This document shows positions 32,201-41,116 of a DNA stretch of 42,862 bases, piece after piece. Source of the DNA: an uncultured Ruminococcus sp. (GTDB lineage: Bacteria; Bacillota; Clostridia; Oscillospirales; Ruminococcaceae); the NCBI GenBank assembly GCA_902796255.1, contig CADBOP010000077.1:1-42862 (forward strand), read 5' to 3'. The stretch's first letter is position 1; every line of letters starts with the position of its first letter. Below the pieces are notes generated by a model that saw only the letters and a program-made list of their open reading frames with translations, was not told the DNA's origin and searched no databases. The position numbers were made by a program, and so were the translations under genes.

Positions 32201-33733
32201 ATGGATAATAATACCAATCAAAAGCCTTTTAAAAATCTGAAAAACAGAAAATTCACTGCCTATGCAGCGGTTCTGGCTGCACTCGCTTTAGCCGTGGCGA
32301 TTCCTGTCAATCTGCTGGCAAGCAGACTGAATATTATCTGGGATATGACCCCTGCAAAACTCTATGAATTATCAGATACTACTAAAAATTATCTCGAAAA
32401 TTTAGACAAGCAGGTGGATTTCTATTTCCTCATGGATATGGATTATCTCTCCACAGATGACAACAGCATGGCATTATATTACACTCTCAAACAATATGCC
32501 GATTATGATAATATTAATTTCATCGCCTTTGACCCTGACCAGAAACCGGAACTCGTAAACGAACTGAAAGAAAAAGGCTATAATCTCTCTGATGGTGATA
32601 TGGTCATGTGCTGTGAGGACAGAAGCAAACATGTCTTGGGTACAAACATGTATCAGTATGATGTCTCTTATGATGAAAATGACAACAAAACCATTGAAGC
32701 CGCCTACTTTACAGGCGAAAATTACATCACAGGTGCGATTCATGCCGTTGTATCCGGAAAAGAAGCTTCTGTTTATTTCCTGACAGGTCACGGAGAAAAA
32801 ACACTTTCCGGCGACTATACAAAATTTAATTCCAATATGAAAAATCAGAATTATAACGCACAGGAATTAAACTTGGCAACAGAAACAGCTGTCCCCGAAG
32901 ATGCTGCCATGCTGATTTTAGCCGGCCCGAAATCCGACCTTTCCAATGACGAAACCCGTATGATTAACGAATATCTTGACAACGGCGGGAATATCTGCTT
33001 CCTGATGTCGCCAAACAAGGAAAAAATGGCCTATAAAAATATAGAATCTATCATGGATTCTTTCGGCATTCATATGGATTATGACATTGTCAAAGAAACT
33101 GACTCCAGCCGTTATGTCAGCGGTGACCCCTATACTTATCAGGTCAGCATTGTCCGTGCAGATACAGAAAACTATGATGTCGACCTTACCAGCGAACTGG
33201 CAGATATGACAGACAACGGCTATTATGCATTTATGAGCAATTCCCGAAGCTTTTACCAGTATTTCGGTGCAGAAGATTATTCTCTGGAAGTGGGGTCTTT
33301 ATTGCAGACCGTTTCCGGTACAGATGAATACGGCGATTCTACTTCTACTGCTGTCGGAGAAATCTACGGCGGTACTGACCCGACTGCTGAAGATATTACA
33401 GGCTATCCGCTGGATTTAGCCATGTATTCTACAAGCACATCACGCAATAATGCCAAAGTTCTGGTAATGGGAAATGCAGAATTTATTGACGATGTCAATG
33501 TCGCACAGGACTATATGATTATCCCCGTTTATTTAATGCTTTCGGCAATGAGCTGGATGTACGACAGTGATACTATACTGGATATGGGTATCGCTGATAA
33601 AGAACGTGACTATGATTCTATGAATATCAATTCTGAAACCAAAGCAAATACTGTCATGGTTCTGTATATTGCTGTTCCGGTAGTCATCGGTCTTGCCGGT
33701 GTAGGGGTATGGCTCAAAAGGAGGTATTCCTGA
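32201..33733 (+). CDS. GldG-like ABC-transporter auxiliary protein, module A
   Basis: About 510 aa, with an N-terminal TM (AAVLAALALAVAIPVNLL) and a C-terminal TM (VLYIAVPVVIGLAGVGVW) flanking a large extracytoplasmic region that contains VYFLTGHGE. GAGGAGG RBS precedes the ATG at 32201. Confidence 0.75.
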   Translation: MDNNTNQKPFKNLKNRKFTAYAAVLAALALAVAIPVNLLASRLNIIWDMTPAKLYELSDTTKNYLENLDKQVDFYFLMDMDYLSTDDNSMALYYTLKQYADYDNINFIAFDPDQKPELVNELKEKGYNLSDGDMVMCCEDRSKHVLGTNMYQYDVSYDENDNKTIEAAYFTGENYITGAIHAVVSGKEASVYFLTGHGEKTLSGDYTKFNSNMKNQNYNAQELNLATETAVPEDAAMLILAGPKSDLSNDETRMINEYLDNGGNICFLMSPNKEKMAYKNIESIMDSFGIHMDYDIVKETDSSRYVSGDPYTYQVSIVRADTENYDVDLTSELADMTDNGYYAFMSNSRSFYQYFGAEDYSLEVGSLLQTVSGTDEYGDSTSTAVGEIYGGTDPTAEDITGYPLDLAMYSTSTSRNNAKVLVMGNAEFIDDVNVAQDYMIIPVYLMLSAMSWMYDSDTILDMGIADKERDYDSMNINSETKANTVMVLYIAVPVVIGLAGVGVWLKRRYS

Positions 33734-33735
33734 TT

Positions 33736-35163
33736 ATGAGTACCAGAAAAATGAAAGCCCTTGTCATAGGCCTTATCGTTATGCTGATTGTTGCTGTGTG
33801 TGCCTATATCGCAGTAGATACGCTCAAAACCCGTGAAGAACAGGCTGCTCTGGAAGAAGAAAAATCTCTCCAGTTATTTGACTTTGATGCCGACAGTATC
33901 GACAAAGTAGACATCGAAGTGCCGGAAGGTAATTTTACTGTGGAGAATTCGGCTGACGGCTGGACAATCACAGATACTACTTATCCGCATGATATTGCCC
34001 TGAACACATATTATATTAATACTATATGCAATTATATGAGCGATTTGACAGCCCTGAAAAAACTCACTGTCAGTACAGAAGAACTTGCAAACTATGGCTT
34101 TGAAGCCTATTGCCCGCTGACATGCTATGCCGGCGGAACAGCATATACAATTTATCTGGGAAATCCCTCCGCAACAGAAGACTATTATTATGTCATGCGG
34201 CCGGAGGATTCCACCGTCTATGCAATCGATTTTGACAAAGGAGAAATCATGAAAGGCGGCCTGACCTATCTGCAAGACCCCTATATGATAACATGGATGG
34301 ATGTAAATATCAACTATGTCAGACTGTCAAATAAAAATAATATTATTTTTGAAATTGAAAAAGACGATTCTGAAAAATGGCAGATGCTCGAACCCCTGAA
34401 ACGTTCTCCGCTCAATGCTGCAAATATCAATTCTATGCTGACTTCTGTCACCCGTCTGCAAATTGAACGTTTCATCAAAGTTGCTGAAACTCCGCAGGAT
34501 TTAATTGACTATCATCTGGATAATCCGGCTTATCAGTTCACCCTGAAAACCGAAACCGGAGAAACTATGACAATTGATTTCGCTTCTTTCAAAAAAGAGG
34601 ATACAAGCGTTTATCTTGTCTATGAAGAATCCGGCCAGATAGCTACAATGGACATCGGCAGCGTTGCCTTCTTACAGACAAAAGCATCTGAAATCATGAC
34701 AGATAAAATCTATTCTCCGGAAATCACAGATGTTTCCGTTCTGGATGTGACTGTAGATGACCTGCATTTCACAATGAATATGAATCATGAAGAAAGCAAA
34801 GCATTTTTCACTTCTGCCGGCTTTGCTGATGAAACTGAAATCTCCGGCAATACAAATGAAATCCAGAAAGCATATCATGAATTGTTCTCCTCTGTTTCCA
34901 ATCTGACTTATGATTCTCTTGAACTGGATGCCGAAATAGACAAAGAAGCACAGCCCTCTGTTATTTTCCATTATACCCTCACAGACGGCACAGAAACGGA
35001 AGTGACACTTGTGCCGGTTGATGACACTTATTACCAGTCCTTTATTGATGGCGAATATACCGGAAAAATCGTCCGCAGACGAGCCTTGTCAGGAAATGCC
35101 GGTGTACTGACCTATCATGAAAAACTGATTGACTTGCTTGAAATGAATTCTGAAACAGAATAA
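33736..35163 (+). CDS. DUF4340-like membrane-anchored protein, module A
   Basis: N-terminal TM (ALVIGLIVMLIVAVCAYIAV) followed by about 440 extracytoplasmic aa. Contains the segments WTITD ... LANYGF ... IYLGN ... YYYV typical of the family that accompanies GldG. Confidence 0.7.
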   Translation: MSTRKMKALVIGLIVMLIVAVCAYIAVDTLKTREEQAALEEEKSLQLFDFDADSIDKVDIEVPEGNFTVENSADGWTITDTTYPHDIALNTYYINTICNYMSDLTALKKLTVSTEELANYGFEAYCPLTCYAGGTAYTIYLGNPSATEDYYYVMRPEDSTVYAIDFDKGEIMKGGLTYLQDPYMITWMDVNINYVRLSNKNNIIFEIEKDDSEKWQMLEPLKRSPLNAANINSMLTSVTRLQIERFIKVAETPQDLIDYHLDNPAYQFTLKTETGETMTIDFASFKKEDTSVYLVYEESGQIATMDIGSVAFLQTKASEIMTDKIYSPEITDVSVLDVTVDDLHFTMNMNHEESKAFFTSAGFADETEISGNTNEIQKAYHELFSSVSNLTYDSLELDAEIDKEAQPSVIFHYTLTDGTETEVTLVPVDDTYYQSFIDGEYTGKIVRRRALSGNAGVLTYHEKLIDLLEMNSETE

Positions 35164-35171
35164 TATCAAAA

Positions 35172-35210
35172 AAATCCGCCGTTTTCAGTTCCGGCGGATT
35201 TTCTTGTTTC
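35172..35210 (+). terminator. Terminator of ABC module A
   Basis: Perfect 10-bp stem: aaatccgccg (35172..35181) pairs with cggcggattt (35192..35201), followed by a T-rich tail. Confidence 0.8.
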
Positions 35211-35274
35211 TGCTTTGCTTCTTTTATATTCAGAATTTTGTAATTCGTGTGGAAAAATTTGTCATATTTACTGA

Positions 35275-35303
35275 TTGACAATAATATTATAAAATGCTAT
35301 AAT
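35275..35303 (+). promoter_or_regulatory. Promoter of the GGDEF-domain sensor gene (full consensus with extended -10)
   Basis: TTGACA (35275..35280), a 17-nt spacer, then TGcTATAAT (35295..35303). Confidence 0.7.
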
Positions 35304-35335
35304 AAAATCATACTTTTATACAAGAGGTGATATAT

Positions 35336-36730
35336 TTGAAAAAATCCAGACGAAATTCCACCAGAAGAAATCTTGCATTGGCTTTATTCCTCTTACTGTC
35401 TGCCAATATTATCATGGGTACTATTATGGCATGGCAGTCCAAAATTTCTATGCAGACCCTTATCCAGCAAAGAATGCTGGATATTTCCAACACAGCCGCT
35501 TCTATGCTGAACGGAGATACTATGAAAACGCTCCATCGTGATGATAAAGGAACAGAAAACTACGAAGAAGCAATGGCTGTTCTCAGAATCTTTCAGGAAA
35601 ATATCGAGCTGGAATATATCTATGCCATCAATGTAGAACCAGATGGCAGTTTTACTTTTTCTATCGACCCCACTATCGAAGACCCCGGAGAATTCGGAGA
35701 GCCTGTTGTCGTCACTGATGCATTGATTCAGGCTTCACAGGGAATCCCTGCCGTAGACAAACAACCCTATGAAGATGCATGGGGAAGATTCTATTCTGCC
35801 TACAGCCCTGTCTATGATTCAGAATGGAAAGTCCCTGTTGTAGTTGCTGTCGATTTCGATGCGGATTGGGTTGATAAGCAGGTTTCAAAACATATTATGA
35901 CAATTGTAATTATTACTGTATTTTCACTTGGTATTGGTATATGGCTTGCATGGGCGATTTCTTCAGGAAGCCGGAAACGTGCAAATGCACTGAATGCCCA
36001 GATGGCAGAACTGGCAGGAGGTTTCAGGCAATTAAAACAAGTCATGATGCAGACTTCTATGAACAAATTAGATACTATTCGGGACGAGAGCCATCGGGAA
36101 CTGCTCCAGACACTGGCTTCCGGCCAAAACTATTCTGACAGTAACTGGAATGAATTTTCTGAAACAACGGATAACCTGCACTCCATGCAGAAAGACCTTC
36201 TGCGGTATATTGCATTTTTAAACTCCCAGACCTATATAGACCCCCTCACAGGTGTCGGCAATAAAGAAGCCTATCGTATGCAGGTCATGGAACTGGATAA
36301 GCGTATTTCTGAAAAAAAAGCAAAAACTGCTGAATTTGCCATTGGCTTTTTTGATATTAACGAATTAAAAAATGTCAATACCAACTATGGTTTTGCAGAG
36401 GGTGACAAACTTATGACGGCTGCGGCTGGTCTGTTGTCAGAAATCTTCCAAGAAGAAAATGTCTATCGTCTTGTCAGTGATGAATTTATTGTCATTCTGG
36501 AACGAAAAACAGTAGAAGATATGTATCAGCTTTTTGCCGAACTGGAAAAGAAAATACAGGAATATAACAAACAGAATCCGAAATCTCCCCGTCTTGCAAT
36601 CGCAATGGGTACAGATGTCTATCGTGAAGAAAATAAAAACTACCGGCAAGTATTTATTAAAGCAGAAGCAGATATGCGAAAAAATAAAAAAGCATATTAT
36701 AACAAAAAAGCTCCCAGACAGGAGTTTTAA
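35336..36730 (+). CDS. Membrane sensor protein with extracytoplasmic (Cache-like) domain and degenerate GGDEF domain
   Basis: Two TM helices (LALALFLLLSANIIMGTIMAW and IMTIVIITVFSLGIGIWLAWAI) flank about 160 aa. The C-terminal GGDEF fold is DPLTGVGNKEAY ... GFFDINELKNVN ... GDKLM ... YRLVSDEFIVIL; the signature reads VSDEF. TTG at 35336 follows the AGAGGTG RBS; the ORF track used GTG at 35327. Confidence 0.8.
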   Translation: MKKSRRNSTRRNLALALFLLLSANIIMGTIMAWQSKISMQTLIQQRMLDISNTAASMLNGDTMKTLHRDDKGTENYEEAMAVLRIFQENIELEYIYAINVEPDGSFTFSIDPTIEDPGEFGEPVVVTDALIQASQGIPAVDKQPYEDAWGRFYSAYSPVYDSEWKVPVVVAVDFDADWVDKQVSKHIMTIVIITVFSLGIGIWLAWAISSGSRKRANALNAQMAELAGGFRQLKQVMMQTSMNKLDTIRDESHRELLQTLASGQNYSDSNWNEFSETTDNLHSMQKDLLRYIAFLNSQTYIDPLTGVGNKEAYRMQVMELDKRISEKKAKTAEFAIGFFDINELKNVNTNYGFAEGDKLMTAAAGLLSEIFQEENVYRLVSDEFIVILERKTVEDMYQLFAELEKKIQEYNKQNPKSPRLAIAMGTDVYREENKNYRQVFIKAEADMRKNKKAYYNKKAPRQEF

Positions 36731-36741
36731 TATTAATATTC

Positions 36742-36782
36742 AAAAAGCCCCTCTGTCACAGACAGAGAGGCTTTCTTTTTTT
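36742..36782. terminator. Bidirectional terminator between the GGDEF gene and the cyclophilin gene
   Basis: Stem gcccctctgtc (36747..36757) pairs with gacagagaggc (36761..36771) at 10/11 bp. An A-run precedes it and a T-run follows. Confidence 0.8.
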
Positions 36783-36816
36783 CCACAATCTTTCAACAAA
36801 ACTTTCCACAAATACT

Positions 36817-36867
36817 AACAGGTTCTCAACAGTCTTAACCCAGACTGTTGAAAACCTGTTTTTTTAT
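36817..36867 (+). terminator. Second long hairpin plus T-run overlapping the cyclophilin stop codon
   Basis: 19-bp stem with one mismatch: aacaggttctcaacagtct (36817..36835) pairs with agactgttgaaaacctgtt (36842..36860), followed by ttttttt. Confidence 0.6.
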
Positions 36868-37568
36868 TTTGTTACCAGCTCAGCCATTGTAATCTGTACA
36901 CGGGGATTTCCGTTTTCATCGGGGTCAATCATAGTCACATCCTGCATGGTAATCGGTGAGGTAGGAACAGATACTTCTCCTGTTGCTGACATAATCCGCT
37001 CAACATTCAGGAAATTATCCACCACTTCCATACCTTGTGTCACTTCACCGAAGGCAGCATAATTTCCGTCCAGAAAAGAACAATCTGTATAGCAGATAAA
37101 AAACTGACTGGAAGCACTGTCGGGGTCACTGCTTCTTGCCATAGAAACAATCCCTCTCTGATGTGATAAATCATTCTCCACACCATTGGAAGCAAATTCG
37201 CCTTTAATAGTCTGTTCACTTCCGCCCATGCCAGTCCCTTCAGGGTCACCGCCCTGAGCCATAAAATCATCAATTACTCTGTGAAATGTCAGACCGTTAT
37301 AAAACCCCTGTGATACTAAATTTTCAAAATTCTCACATGTAATCGGTGCTTTATCCGGATAGAGTGTAATCACAATAATATTGCTGTCAGAGACAGAATC
37401 GCTGGCTGCTTCCGGTACTGTACCCGCCTGTGTTTCTGCTTCTGCGGCAGGAACAGTTTCTGCATTCTGTGAAGCTGTAGTATCTGTTTCTTTTGCAGTG
37501 CCGCATCCTGTCAGCAGAACCAGCCCGAGAGCGAGACAAAGCCATGATTTTTTTCTCATATTCTTCAT
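36864..37568 (-). CDS. Lipoprotein peptidyl-prolyl cis-trans isomerase, cyclophilin type
   Basis: Lipobox LLTGC in MKNMRKKSWLCLALGLVLLTGCG and an Ala/Glu/Thr-rich linker. Cyclophilin core FHRVIDDFMAQGGDP ... SMAR ... SQFFI. AAGGAG RBS precedes the ATG at 37568. Confidence 0.9.
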   Translation of the reverse strand: MKNMRKKSWLCLALGLVLLTGCGTAKETDTTASQNAETVPAAEAETQAGTVPEAASDSVSDSNIIVITLYPDKAPITCENFENLVSQGFYNGLTFHRVIDDFMAQGGDPEGTGMGGSEQTIKGEFASNGVENDLSHQRGIVSMARSSDPDSASSQFFICYTDCSFLDGNYAAFGEVTQGMEVVDNFLNVERIMSATGEVSVPTSPITMQDVTMIDPDENGNPRVQITMAELVTK

Positions 37569-37585
37569 ATTCCTGATACTCCTTT

Positions 37586-37846
37586 TTAACTGCGATTTGC
37601 ACGTTTCAGCCATACCAGAGCGACATCCAGTGCTTCATAGAGATTATCACGCTCGGCATTCTGCACCGGCAGAGGATTATTAAAATCCGTTGACATCTGA
37701 TAAAATTTAATACTCTTGGAAACTACAATATCCTGTTGTTTCTGAGAAGTTTCCACTTTAAGATATACGACATAGGGGTCACTCATATACCCAAAATACA
37801 TTTCGTTGCCCTTACGGACGAGGGGGTAATTCTTATACATCATCAT
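37586..37846 (-). CDS. Hypothetical 86-aa cytoplasmic protein
   Basis: AAAGGAG RBS 10 nt before the ATG at 37846. Lies 37 nt after the DUF4340 gene and 17 nt before the cyclophilin gene. No recognisable motif and no TM segment. Confidence 0.5.
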   Translation of the reverse strand: MMMYKNYPLVRKGNEMYFGYMSDPYVVYLKVETSQKQQDIVVSKSIKFYQMSTDFNNPLPVQNAERDNLYEALDVALVWLKRANRS

Positions 37847-37883
37847 AACAAAAAAACTCCTTTCTGTGTGACACAGCAGGATG

Positions 37884-39488
37884 TTACTGCCATGTCATGA
37901 CAAACTCCTCATCGGGATTATCAAATATTTCTATATTGTGCAGAACTGTATCTACACAGGAAGAACGTATTTTATAAGTCGGCGTACCATTTACAGCAAT
38001 CATTGCATTCAGGCCGCCCATTTTATAGAACGAAATCACATAATCTTCCTTGCCGTTCTGGGAGACCAGATGAATTTCCGCTTCTGGTGCAGAAGCCGGC
38101 AGTTCGGCATCAAGATATAACTCTTCACCATAAATATATAACAAAAATTTATAAAACAGCCTGAAACGTTCTGTATCGCATGTTTCGCCGTTTTTGGTTA
38201 CAGTATAATCATTCTGGTCAGTTCCCGAACCGTTAAACAGAAGCTTTTTCTCTCCGGCCGTCACCTCCAGCGTAGCAATATCCCATACATATGTTCCGAA
38301 AATATTTGCCGAAGTAATATCACCAGCCTGAACAGTAGCCCAGACAGCACGACTGTCTGCAATGCCATATAAAATATCCGTTCCCTCCAGAACAGCGTAA
38401 TAATTACTTTCGCCGGATTCTGTCTGATACTGATTTCCTAATTTCAATACATACGTATTGCCGTCATCACAAACCATTGTTACAGTACAGAACGGCTGGT
38501 TCATTCCTGCCTGTTCCAATTCTGTTTCAGAGGGGTGAACAGTTACAATTTCATTTGCTGTCAGGCCGAACAAGCCATTTGTAACATCCGCAGATTTTTC
38601 CACATTCAGATAAGCGAATACAGGTTCACGCAGTACATGAGTTGCCGCCGTACCGCCGACAGAATCATCTTCAGTGACATCATAGGCATATTCCATATAC
38701 AAATCCGTATTCAAATCCTGTCTTTGTATCCGAAGCGATTCTACAATCGGATACTCTTCCTCAGCGGGTTCTTCCAAAACAGTTTTAGAAAAGAAAAACT
38801 TCAGTCCCTGCTCATAATTATTCATGAGAGAAGATTTCACAAGATACACATTTCCGTCTACTGCACAATAAGTCTGTGCATTGTTCATTGGTGATACACT
38901 TCCGACAGAAAATGTAAAATCCGTGCCGTCCTGATAGCTCATAACCACCTGAGAAACCGGCTTATCCAATCCATATTTTTCCAAATCAGATGCCTTTTCC
39001 TCCACGAGCTGGTCAGCAGAAAGCTGGCTTGCGTTCTTCACCAGAGTAGAAATATATCCTGTATCTAACGGAATATCCTCATATCCTTCAATTGTATAAC
39101 CTGCATCATCTTCACTGGTTTTTTCTGCATTCTTATAAACCCTGAACGCATCCTGATTAGAAATCCGGATTTCTTTCAAATCATCAGCAGATTCCGGATT
39201 CAGCATGACTGCATTTTTTTCGTCATCATCCAGAAGCCCTTCTGCAAGAGAGTCGACATCGAGAGAGCTTGTATCCTGTTCTGAATTTTTATTCACCAGC
39301 AATATTGCTGTCAAAGCACCACCCAGAATCACCAGAGCTGCAACAGCCGCTATCAGCATTTTTACATTTTTAGACATTCCCTTTTTTTCAGGTTTCTGTA
39401 TTACCGGAGCGGGAGAATCTGAAAAAAACGTATCCATACCGGCCTGAGATTCTTCTGTTTCCTGCTGAGAATTTTTTTCTTCGCTCAT
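37884..39488 (-). CDS. DUF4340-like membrane-anchored protein, module B
   Basis: Acidic N-terminal tail, one TM (MLIAAVAALVILGGALTAILLV), then a large extracytoplasmic region with LEKYGLDKP ... FSVG ... VYLV segments. ATGA overlap with the upstream gene. Confidence 0.7.
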   Translation of the reverse strand: MSEEKNSQQETEESQAGMDTFFSDSPAPVIQKPEKKGMSKNVKMLIAAVAALVILGGALTAILLVNKNSEQDTSSLDVDSLAEGLLDDDEKNAVMLNPESADDLKEIRISNQDAFRVYKNAEKTSEDDAGYTIEGYEDIPLDTGYISTLVKNASQLSADQLVEEKASDLEKYGLDKPVSQVVMSYQDGTDFTFSVGSVSPMNNAQTYCAVDGNVYLVKSSLMNNYEQGLKFFFSKTVLEEPAEEEYPIVESLRIQRQDLNTDLYMEYAYDVTEDDSVGGTAATHVLREPVFAYLNVEKSADVTNGLFGLTANEIVTVHPSETELEQAGMNQPFCTVTMVCDDGNTYVLKLGNQYQTESGESNYYAVLEGTDILYGIADSRAVWATVQAGDITSANIFGTYVWDIATLEVTAGEKKLLFNGSGTDQNDYTVTKNGETCDTERFRLFYKFLLYIYGEELYLDAELPASAPEAEIHLVSQNGKEDYVISFYKMGGLNAMIAVNGTPTYKIRSSCVDTVLHNIEIFDNPDEEFVMTWQ

Positions 39489-41101
39489 TTATTTCTTCTC
39501 CTTAAAAATACCAGAATGCCGACTGCCACAACAGCGGACGGAATTGCAAAGATAAAAATATTAATTCCATGCATTTCTGCTGTTTTAACACTAATCGTCT
39601 CATTTGTCAGATTTTTAGAGGCAATCACCAGATTATCGCCTTTACCTGCAAGGCAGTTCATAACTGTCACAAAATACTGTGCATTATTATAAGAAGCGTC
39701 CTGCATCAGGCTGGAATCGCACAGCATTGCTGAACCCAATACCAAAATATTGCTGTCATGTGTAATATTATTTTCAGTATTTTTTCTTGTTGTCAGAGCT
39801 GCAATTGTCTGTGAGCCTACAGGGGTTTTATCCGCCTCATCTGTTGGCTTGCCCATTTCACTCAGATATACAGAATCAGAAGTTTTCAGCAGCTGTGTTG
39901 TAATGCCGCCTGTTTTGGAATCCCATAACAAATTAATTGCTCTGCATAACGGTGCAGCAATCGGCAAAGCTGTATTCGGCAGACCTGCACTGTAAGTTTC
40001 TTCTGCGATAGTTGCAACCGGAACAGAAACTGCACCGGTACTGATAGACAATGCTACCTGCTGGGCAGCACTGGAATCGCTTTCCAGCACCAGATTCTTT
40101 GTCACCTCAATGCCCCATGTAGCCAGAAATTCGTCCAGATTCGGCGTTTCTGCCTGTGTGAAACTTGCAATATAAATCAAATCTTTATCATAATTACCGT
40201 CATTATACAAAAAAGCTGAGAGCTTGTCAATTCCGTCAGCTGTCAGGTCATTGACCGGAGCAGGCAGCAGCAGCATATCATATTTTTCAGTATCAAATTC
40301 ATCTGTATATAAATCCAGTTCTTCATAGCTATAGCCGTTTTTATACAGTGTATTCACAAAGGCATTCAGAGCCGCACCGCTGAACTGCGGGTTATACAGA
40401 GCCTGTCCGTTGCCCATAGATACCACACCAACATTCACAGGGTCAGCATCTGTGACATTCATCAGGGCAGAAGTCAGATTCTGTTCACCGGAGAAACCAG
40501 TAATTGCATCTTCCAGACTGCCTTGTCCGTAATAATAGGCCATATATTTCTGCTGGTCATAATCAAATAAATTTCCGATTTTGACGACTCTTAATTTCGA
40601 CTCATCCGAAGCATTGGAAATCACAATATCACCTTCTGTCAGTGAAGCCGAATAATTTGCCTGATATTTATTCACGATATCCGGATTTGACGAAGGGTCG
40701 ACATAGTTCAGGTGGATTTTATCAGAATACTGTGTATATCTTGACAAAATCTCTGAAACCATTTTGAGTGACTCACCGCTGGTCTGAAACTTACTTTCTG
40801 CCATCAGGACAGTAAAATTCACTTCCTGATTCAATGTTTTCAGGTAATCAATACTTTCTTCTGAAATTTCATATTTTGCATCTTCTGTCAAATCCAGTTT
40901 CAGCGGATATTTTTCCACCAGTACATTCACCAGTATATTCAGCAAAACCACTACAGCAACGACCGTACAGGTAATTGCGGTTGCGATTCCGCCATATTTC
41001 AATTTCTTCTGTGCAGCGGCACTTAATTTCTTCTTTTCTTTTTTTATTTTTTCAGGTTTTTTCTGTGATTCTGTTTCCTGATTTTTTTCTAAATCAGCCA
41101 T
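39485..41101 (-). CDS. GldG-like ABC-transporter auxiliary protein, module B
   Basis: 538 aa. N-terminal TM (ATAITCTVVAVVVLLNILV) and C-terminal TM (IFIFAIPSAVVAVGILVF). The N-terminal block YEISEESIDYLKTLNQEVNF parallels YELSDTTKNYLENLDKQVDF of module A. Confidence 0.75.
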   Translation of the reverse strand: MADLEKNQETESQKKPEKIKKEKKKLSAAAQKKLKYGGIATAITCTVVAVVVLLNILVNVLVEKYPLKLDLTEDAKYEISEESIDYLKTLNQEVNFTVLMAESKFQTSGESLKMVSEILSRYTQYSDKIHLNYVDPSSNPDIVNKYQANYSASLTEGDIVISNASDESKLRVVKIGNLFDYDQQKYMAYYYGQGSLEDAITGFSGEQNLTSALMNVTDADPVNVGVVSMGNGQALYNPQFSGAALNAFVNTLYKNGYSYEELDLYTDEFDTEKYDMLLLPAPVNDLTADGIDKLSAFLYNDGNYDKDLIYIASFTQAETPNLDEFLATWGIEVTKNLVLESDSSAAQQVALSISTGAVSVPVATIAEETYSAGLPNTALPIAAPLCRAINLLWDSKTGGITTQLLKTSDSVYLSEMGKPTDEADKTPVGSQTIAALTTRKNTENNITHDSNILVLGSAMLCDSSLMQDASYNNAQYFVTVMNCLAGKGDNLVIASKNLTNETISVKTAEMHGINIFIFAIPSAVVAVGILVFLRRRNK

Positions 41102-41116
41102 GACTGCAATACCTCC

